This document shows positions 58,162-64,000 of a stretch of 64,000 bases of DNA, piece by piece. The notes under the pieces were generated by a model. It had not been told where the DNA came from. It saw nothing but the letters and a program-made list of their open reading frames with translations, and ran no database searches. The stretch is from an uncultured Anaerolineales bacterium. Lineage in GTDB: Bacteria > Chloroflexota > Anaerolineae > B4-G1. The position numbers and the translations under genes are program-made. Position 1 is the stretch's first letter. Each line of letters opens with the position of its first letter. The stretch lies in contig CAZNRX010000001.1 in assembly GCA_964575455.1 (NCBI GenBank), positions 112,527-176,526 of the forward strand, given 5' to 3'.

Positions 58162-59576
58162 GCTACCCGCTCACCGTAGGAAAGAAGCGTATCCACCATC
58201 CCTGAGTCCCGCCCCTCGGCGTAGACCCGCAGCACCGGCTCGGTGCCCGATGGGCGAATCAGGAGCCACGAGTCGTCGGCCAACAGATACTTGACGCCGT
58301 CCAGCGTGTTCACGTCGATGACCGTCTCTCCGGCCAGAGCGTCGGGCGCCTCGTTCAGCAGTCGCTCCACCATCTTCCGCTTGGTGACTGGCGTGCGCAG
58401 GGGCATGTCGCGGCGCGCGTAGCAAGCCGGCCCGACATCGCTCTGGACGGACGCCACCAGCTCGTGCAGGGGGCACTCCGCGCTCGCCACAATCTCCAGG
58501 AGCAGGAGGCCCATCAGCACCCCGTCGCCCTCCGGAATGTGGCCCTTGATGCTCAGGCCGCCGGATTCCTCGCCGCCGATCAGGACATCGTCGTTCAAAA
58601 TCTGGTCGGCGATGTGATTGAATCCCACCGGCGTCTCCACCAACGGCAGGTCGTACTGCGCGGCCAGGCGATCCACCATGCGAGTGGTGGAGATGCTCTT
58701 GACCACCGTGCCGCGCCAGCCTCGTTCCTCGACCAGGTGCCGCAGCGCCAGGCAGAAGATGTGATGGGGGTCGACGAAGTTCCCCAGCCCGTCCATAGCG
58801 CCGAGCCGGTCGCCATCCCCGTCCGTGGCCAGCCCAATGTCGGCGTGGTGGGCCTGGATGGCTGCCGCAAGGGCGCTCAGGTAGTGTCCTACCGGTTCCG
58901 GGTGGATGCCTCCAAAACCGGGGTTCATCTCGCCGCGGATCTCCACCACGCGGCAGCGCGTGCGGGCGAGCATATCCGCGATGCACTTCCGGCCCGATCC
59001 GAACATGGCGTCGGCGACCACGCGCAGCTCGCTGGCGGAGATCAGATCGAGGTCGACCAGGCCGCCCAGGTGCTCGTAGTAGGCCCAGGCGGGGTCAAAG
59101 CGCTGGATGAGGTCCTGGTCGATGGCGGTCTCGTAGTCCATTACGTTGGGCCAGCGGGCGCGCTCCTGGTTGCGGTTCAGATAGGCCTCGACGTGCTCCG
59201 CCTGTTCCGGCAGCGCTGCGCCGCCAAAATCGGCCTTCAGCTTCAGCCCATTGTAGCGGGGGGCGTTGTGGCTGGCGGTGATCATCACGCCGGCGGCCGC
59301 CTCCTTGTGCAGGACCGCATATGAGATGGCCGGGGAGGGCGCGTCGGCCCGGGTCAAGTGGGCGACGACCCCGTTGCCAGCCAGCACGCGGGCCACCTCG
59401 GCGGCGTAGCGGTCGGAGAGGAAGCGGGTGTCGAACCCGATCACCACCTCCGGCCTGGCGCTCGCTTCCTCCAGGACGTAGTCGGCGATGGCCTGAGCGA
59501 CCAGGCGCAGGTTGGCGAAGGTGAACGTGTCCGATATGACGGCGCGCCAGCCGTCCGTTCCGAATCTGATCGTCAA
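58158..59576 (-). CDS. Phosphoglucomutase/phosphomannomutase-family alpha-D-phosphohexomutase.
   Basis: 'FGTDGWRAVI' N-terminus and 'TASHNAPRYNGLK' phosphoserine loop. TTG start with an AAGGAG RBS. Confidence 0.85.
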   Translation of the reverse strand: MTIRFGTDGWRAVISDTFTFANLRLVAQAIADYVLEEASARPEVVIGFDTRFLSDRYAAEVARVLAGNGVVAHLTRADAPSPAISYAVLHKEAAAGVMITASHNAPRYNGLKLKADFGGAALPEQAEHVEAYLNRNQERARWPNVMDYETAIDQDLIQRFDPAWAYYEHLGGLVDLDLISASELRVVADAMFGSGRKCIADMLARTRCRVVEIRGEMNPGFGGIHPEPVGHYLSALAAAIQAHHADIGLATDGDGDRLGAMDGLGNFVDPHHIFCLALRHLVEERGWRGTVVKSISTTRMVDRLAAQYDLPLVETPVGFNHIADQILNDDVLIGGEESGGLSIKGHIPEGDGVLMGLLLLEIVASAECPLHELVASVQSDVGPACYARRDMPLRTPVTKRKMVERLLNEAPDALAGETVIDVNTLDGVKYLLADDSWLLIRPSGTEPVLRVYAEGRDSGMVDTLLSYGERVA

Positions 59577-59698
59577 AGCAAACTCCTTTCGTCAGCCAGG
59601 TTTGCAGGCTGCAGACGCTCGGGGTGGATTGTCGTAAGCAGTGACCACATCTGCCCCTCCGGATCCGCGACCCGGAGCGTGCACCAGCACTGTATCTG

Positions 59699-59727
59699 AT
59701 TATAGTCCCAGAGAGGCCTCATGTCAA
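59699..59727 (-). promoter_or_regulatory. Consensus sigma70 promoter on the minus strand (TTGACA-17 bp-TATAAT) upstream of the PGM/PMM gene.
   Basis: Reverse complement of 59699-59727 is TTGACAtgaggcctctctgggacTATAAT. Confidence 0.7.
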
Positions 59728-59742
59728 AGCTCAAATCGCCCC

Positions 59743-61164
59743 CTAGGCATCGAAGTAGAGCTCCATCTCGTAGGGATGGGGGCGGTTACGGACCTGATAA
59801 TACTCCTCGTCCATCTTGAACGCGGTCCACCGCTTGATGAGATCCTCTGTGAAGACCTCATCGACCAGCAGGAAGTCGTGGTCCTCCTCCAGCGCCTCCA
59901 GTGACTCCTTCAGGGAGCTGGGCAGCGGCTTGATCTCCGCTCGTCTCCTTTCCGACCACGAGAAGATGTCCGCATCGATTGGCCCAAAGCCCGCCTCGCT
60001 CGGGTCAATCTGGCGGCGCACCCCGTCCAGGCCCGCCAGGAGCTGCCCCGCCAGCGTCAGGTAGACGTTGCACGTGGCGTCTGGGGGACGGAACTCGATG
60101 CGCGCCTCGTCAGGCTGCGTGGCGTAGCGCGGGATGCGCACCGCGGCGCTCCGGTTGCCGATGGAGAAGAACGCGTTGACCGGCGCCTCGTAGCCGGGCA
60201 CCAGCCGCCGGTAGGAGTTTGTGCTCGGGCTCGTCAGGCCCAGCAGTGCAGGGCCGTGGTGGAGCAGCCCGCCGATGTAGTAGAGGGCCGTCTCGCTCAT
60301 CAGCCCGTAGCCATCCGGATCGTAGAAGACGTTATGGCCGTCCTTGAACAGGTGCTGATGAAAGTGCATGCCGGAGCCCGCCTCGCCGTAGATCGGCTTG
60401 GGCATGAACGTGGCCGTCTGGCCGTGGTGGTGCGCCGTCATCTTCGTGACGTACTTGACGATCATGGTGGCGTCGCCAGCCTGCAGGAGGCCCATCAGCG
60501 GCGTCTCGATCTCGCACTGTCCCGGCCCGCCTACCTCGTGATGGTGGTACTTCACCGGGACGCCCATCGACTGCAGCTGGAGGCTCATCTCGCTGCGCAC
60601 GTTGTGGAGTGCATCCTTGGGGGGTATGGCGTGATAACCGCCGTGCAGCGGGATGTAGTGCCCGTGGCCCGCCACGCCGCTGCGCCACGTGGCCTCGCTC
60701 GACTCGACCCTGTAGCCTGCGCGGTTCATCTCATTCTCGTAGGCCACTGTGTCGAAGACGTAGAACTCAAACTCCGGCCCCCACAGGCTGCGGTCGGCGA
60801 TGCCGCTCTCCACCAGGTGCTTCTCCGCGCGGCGGGCCACGTTGCGCGGATCGTTGTCGAAGATCGCCTTCGTGTCTGCCTCCAACGTCGTACAGATGAA
60901 GCTGACCGTCGGCGCGTCGCAGAAGGGGTCTGCGAACCCGGTGGAGAGGTCCGGCACCAGAACCATGTCGCCGGCCTTGACGGACTTGAGACCGACCGCG
61001 GACCCGTCGAACCCCACTCCAGCCTCCATCAGCGCCGGCGTGAAACGTTCTCTCGGCACCGTGAGGTGGTGCCAGCGCCCCCACAGATCCGTGAACTTGA
61101 GATCGACCATCTGGATATCATTCGTCTCCACGTAGTTCCGAGCCTCTTCAAATGAACTGAACAT
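59743..61164 (-). CDS. glnA: Glutamine synthetase (type I-like).
   Basis: GS beta-grasp and catalytic domain motifs ('FDGSA', 'GPEFEFYVFD', 'KPIYGEAGSGMHFHQ', 'NVYLTLAG'). AAGGGGG RBS before MFSSFEE. Confidence 0.9.
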   Translation of the reverse strand: MFSSFEEARNYVETNDIQMVDLKFTDLWGRWHHLTVPRERFTPALMEAGVGFDGSAVGLKSVKAGDMVLVPDLSTGFADPFCDAPTVSFICTTLEADTKAIFDNDPRNVARRAEKHLVESGIADRSLWGPEFEFYVFDTVAYENEMNRAGYRVESSEATWRSGVAGHGHYIPLHGGYHAIPPKDALHNVRSEMSLQLQSMGVPVKYHHHEVGGPGQCEIETPLMGLLQAGDATMIVKYVTKMTAHHHGQTATFMPKPIYGEAGSGMHFHQHLFKDGHNVFYDPDGYGLMSETALYYIGGLLHHGPALLGLTSPSTNSYRRLVPGYEAPVNAFFSIGNRSAAVRIPRYATQPDEARIEFRPPDATCNVYLTLAGQLLAGLDGVRRQIDPSEAGFGPIDADIFSWSERRRAEIKPLPSSLKESLEALEEDHDFLLVDEVFTEDLIKRWTAFKMDEEYYQVRNRPHPYEMELYFDA

Positions 61165-61380
61165 CTCTGCCCCCTTTTCGTGCCCGTCATTTCGTGGGTG
61201 GTCCCCCTCTTGCATGTTGTTGGCTCATTTTCGCTCATGAGGGATCGTGGGTCGACGCAGTCACCCGAGATCCCGTCCAGAGCGCCGGATAGCCATATCC
61301 GGCGCGAGCAGAGTGGCAAATGTGGCGCGCTGCAACCCAGCAACACGCTACAGGGGGACCACCATTTCGTGAGCTTCGTC

Positions 61381-62544
61381 TCAATTCGTATCCTTCGTGT
61401 TGAGAATCTGACGATACACAGCCACGGTCCTGGCCGCTACGCTTTCCTGCGTGAACTGGCGCAGCACTCTCTCTCGTCCCCGTCTCGCCAGGCGGCGTGC
61501 GATCTCGGGTTCGTGCATCAACCGGACCAGATGGGCCTTGAGCGCTGCGACGTCGCCCTCCGGGAACACCAGACCGGCATCCCCGATGACGTGGGGAATC
61601 TCTCCGCAGTCGGAGCCGATGACCGGAACGCCACACGCCATCGCCTCGATCAGCACCCGCCCGAACTGCTCCACCCAGTTCGGTTGGGAGCGCGAGGGCA
61701 AGACGAGCGCGTCCAACTGCCGGTAGAACGCCGGCATGCGCAGCGACGGCAGCCACCCCTCGAATGTGACGTTGCCGGTCAACCCCAGGTGACGGGTCTG
61801 GGCCTCCAGTGCCTCCCTTTCGCTGCCGTCACCCAGGATGCGCAGGCGCCACGGCCCGGCTTCGAGCGCTGGGCCCTTCAAGTCCCCCACCGCTTCCAGC
61901 AGCAGATCGACACCCTTCTCCGGCACCAGACGGCCCACGTACCCGATGGCAAAGGGCGATCCCGGCGTGGCGCCTCGCACCGGAGACTCCTCTGAAGGCG
62001 ATGAGTTGGAGGGCGTGAAGATGGTGGGATCGACCCCAAACTGGGGGATGATGGCCATCGGCCCTTCGTAGCCCTTGTCCCGCCAAACCTCCGCTGCCCC
62101 CTCGCTGCCCACGATGGCGTAGTTGGTGTTCTGGAGGTTGTAGGACTCGATCAGTCGGAAGGGCAGTGGATACCGTCGGTTGAGGTTCTGCCAGGAGAAC
62201 CAGAGAGCTCGGGCGCTAGCTCGCTTGGCCATCCAGAGGGCGTGGGCCGTGCCGAGGTTGTAGGGTTCCTCATCAATGTGTACCACGTCGGGGGCGAACG
62301 ACCGCAAGCGTCGCCCCAGCCGGGGGTAGATGTGGAGGTGGAAGCTGCCGCTGAACGTGATGGGCTCCACCACCAACTCGTACCCGTCTGTGTGTGCGCG
62401 TTCCAGGTGGAGCACCCGGCTGGCCTCGCGCCAGGAGGGGGGGACGGCGACCATCAGGTCGACGTCGGGAAAGCGAGCGATCTCCTCAAGCTTCCGCTGG
62501 TAGGCGCCCACCAGACAGGCCTTGGAGACCATCAGAACGCGCAT
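61381..62544 (-). CDS. GT4-family glycosyltransferase (GT-B fold).
   Basis: 'EQFGRVLIEAMACGVPVIGSDCGEIPHVIGD' EX7E-type GT4 motif. The last codons (ILNTKDTN*) are encoded by CACGAA-repeat DNA. Confidence 0.85.
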   Translation of the reverse strand: MRVLMVSKACLVGAYQRKLEEIARFPDVDLMVAVPPSWREASRVLHLERAHTDGYELVVEPITFSGSFHLHIYPRLGRRLRSFAPDVVHIDEEPYNLGTAHALWMAKRASARALWFSWQNLNRRYPLPFRLIESYNLQNTNYAIVGSEGAAEVWRDKGYEGPMAIIPQFGVDPTIFTPSNSSPSEESPVRGATPGSPFAIGYVGRLVPEKGVDLLLEAVGDLKGPALEAGPWRLRILGDGSEREALEAQTRHLGLTGNVTFEGWLPSLRMPAFYRQLDALVLPSRSQPNWVEQFGRVLIEAMACGVPVIGSDCGEIPHVIGDAGLVFPEGDVAALKAHLVRLMHEPEIARRLARRGRERVLRQFTQESVAARTVAVYRQILNTKDTN

Positions 62545-62737
62545 AGGGGCACCTTGCTCATATCACAGCGGCATCAGGCAGTATCTGTTGGACGGTTCTG
62601 CTTGGTCAGAGGGCCGCATATCGTGTCACAGAAAACGGAGCGCGGCCACTCTTCACCCACCCTGGTCATGCGACGCCAGGGCCTGGCATTATAGCATGCC
62701 CTGCCGGGTGAGCAATCATCTGGGGCAGGCTAGCCAC

Positions 62738-62765
62738 TTGTCATAGCTAGCACATCGAGTACAAT
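62738..62765 (+). promoter_or_regulatory. Candidate promoter (TTGTCA-16 bp-TACAAT) for the downstream Mrp-like operon.
   Basis: Hexamers at 62738-62743 and 62760-62765, ~115 nt upstream of the first operon gene. Confidence 0.5.
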
Positions 62766-62878
62766 CTCCGTGTACGAAGCAAGCTGCATCATACAGTGAC
62801 AAATAGATAGACACTCTGTACGCCTAATTCCTGGAGGCTTCGTGTTGGTCTTCGGCAAGCGGAGGAGCCAAGTTTGGG

Positions 62879-63172
62879 GTGTATCTCACCGGTGGTGAGA
62901 AGGGAGGACAGCAGATTAACCTATTGTTCGCTCTTGCCTTGATTGTGGCGGTTCTCGCTGCAGGGGCAGCAGCGATAATGGCGAAGAACATGCTGCGCGC
63001 GGCTGTGGCAGTGGGTACCGGCAGCCTTGCGTTGGCTGCGCTGTTCTTCCTCTTGGGCGCACCGTATGCCGGCGCCTTCGAGCTGAGCGTGGGAGCCGGG
63101 CTGATCAGCGTGCTGTTCATCATAGCTATCAGCCTGACGGAATCGATAGGGGGGCAAAGCGATGGCTCGTAG
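62879..63172 (+). CDS. Small membrane subunit of an Mrp/Mnh-type Na+/H+ antiporter (MnhB/DUF4040-like).
   Basis: Three TM helices; placed immediately before the MnhB/C/D-like genes. Confidence 0.5.
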   Translation: MYLTGGEKGGQQINLLFALALIVAVLAAGAAAIMAKNMLRAAVAVGTGSLALAALFFLLGAPYAGAFELSVGAGLISVLFIIAISLTESIGGQSDGS

Positions 63173-63386
63173 GCTCACGTCCTGGATACTCCTGCTCGCC
63201 CTTCTGGTGGTGACGGGACTGGTCGTCGGCCGCTGGGTCTGGGGCCACTCACAAGTGCCCGCAGCAACCTCGTTCCGCGCCTGGTGGTGGGAGCGGAGAG
63301 AGGCCGACGTGGCCGTCCAGGTGGGACTCGTATTCGCCGGGTCCTTGGGCATCGCTGCCCTAATGCCGCCAGAGGAGGAGGGCTGA
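63162..63386 (+). CDS. MnhB-like small membrane subunit (74 aa).
   Basis: Two TM helices; overlaps the previous gene by 11 nt, suggesting operon coupling. Confidence 0.45.
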   Translation: MARRLTSWILLLALLVVTGLVVGRWVWGHSQVPAATSFRAWWWERREADVAVQVGLVFAGSLGIAALMPPEEEG

Positions 63387-63710
63387 ATGAACTGGGGAGC
63401 GGCACATCTTCAGGATTTGGTGTTCTTATCCGGGAGCGGACTGCTATTCCTGTTGGGGTTGGCGTGTCTGATCACCCAGCGCCAGGCCATCAAGCAGGTG
63501 ATCGGTCTGAAGATCATGCTCCAGGGGGTGACGCTGGGCTTAATCTACCAAGGTCACGTGAGCGGGGATCTTCATACCGTACAGAGCATGGTCATCTCTG
63601 CCCTCGTGGTCGAGACGATCCTGATCGCCGTGGCGTTGGCGCTGATCATCAACATCTACGAGTACCACCCCTCAGGAGACGTGGACGAACTGGACATGCT
63701 GCGCGGTTAG
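63387..63710 (+). CDS. MrpC/NuoK-like antiporter subunit.
   Basis: Three-TM NuoK-like fold ('LKIMLQGVTLGLIY'). Confidence 0.6.
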   Translation: MNWGAAHLQDLVFLSGSGLLFLLGLACLITQRQAIKQVIGLKIMLQGVTLGLIYQGHVSGDLHTVQSMVISALVVETILIAVALALIINIYEYHPSGDVDELDMLRG

Positions 63711-63712
63711 CA

Positions 63713-64000
63713 TGACGAACGGACTCCTTATCGCCCTGTTCAGCGCTCCATTCCTGGCGAGTGTGGTCGTCGCCGTCCTCCTGCGCCACTCCTCGACCGG
63801 CGCCCGTCGAGTGGCTCTAGTCGCGAGCGGCGCGACGGCGCTGTGCGCAACGGCGCTCCTCAGCCGGGTGGGGGACGACCCGACCCTCGTCATCCGGTGG
63901 CTGCCTGGCACCGGACCCATGACCTTCGGCCTGGGTGCCACGGGCCTCTATGCGGCCCTGGTTACCACCTGGGTCGCATTTCTGATCCTGCTCGCCACCG
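63713..64000 (+). CDS. MrpD/NuoL/NuoN-like proton-pumping antiporter subunit, 5' partial (runs off the window).
   Basis: N-terminal TM helices typical of the NuoL/MrpD family; no stop within the window. Confidence 0.5.

Noticed and set aside
62684-62699. GGCATTATAGCATGCC near-palindrome upstream of the Mrp-like operon.
   Set aside because: It is an imperfect inverted repeat with a single occurrence. The better-supported signal in this region is the TTGTCA/TACAAT promoter.

Overview
This is a high-GC (~65-70%) bacterial chromosomal segment. Gene content and leaderless/GGAGG-type starts suggest a Chloroflexota/Thermomicrobia-like organism, but that placement is a guess. The core (21.6-39.6 kb, + strand) is a near-complete division/cell-wall (dcw) cluster: mraZ-rsmH-ftsL-ftsI-murF-mraY-murD-ftsW-murG-(cvpA-like)-murC-murB-ddl-ftsQ-ftsA-ftsZ. 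Upstream lie a MocR regulator divergent from an EamA transporter, an orphan DNA methyltransferase, and an alpha-glucan cluster (two GH57 genes flanking a 1.2k-aa GH13-like protein). Then xylA sits between two gene remnants, followed by a secreted PT-rich protein, pth-mfd, an SCP2 protein and an Fe-ADH. Downstream of the dcw cluster are a MalY-like aminotransferase, nrdR ... nrdJ (class II RNR) with a C39-like peptidase and a DsrE-like protein between them, an S1 protease preceded by a stand-alone copy of its own N-domain, a TPR protein, an MBL hydrolase, AlaX, two sensor kinases interleaved with two deoxynucleoside kinases, PGM/PMM, glnA, a GT4 glycosyltransferase and the start of an Mrp-type antiporter operon. 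I saw no rRNA, tRNA, CRISPR or transposase. The most unusual signal is a dispersed family of helically phased 'CACGAA(R)GG/CGCGAAG' direct repeats (10-11 bp half-units, 21-bp units). It fills several intergenic gaps (murB-ddl, ftsQ-ftsA, ftsA-ftsZ, protease and kinase upstreams, around glnA/GT4) and one copy is inserted in-frame inside a deoxynucleoside kinase gene. Other regulatory and repeat signals: a textbook MraZ operator (4x GTGGG at 10-bp phase) on the mraZ promoter; two NrdR-box-like palindromes on the nrdR promoter; an 18-bp x4 in-frame tandem repeat in the MocR gene sharing a 20-nt exact core with the glnA leader; a 44-bp tandem repeat carrying phased GCACGTGC palindromes; and a 15-bp inverted repeat pair upstream of the MocR gene.
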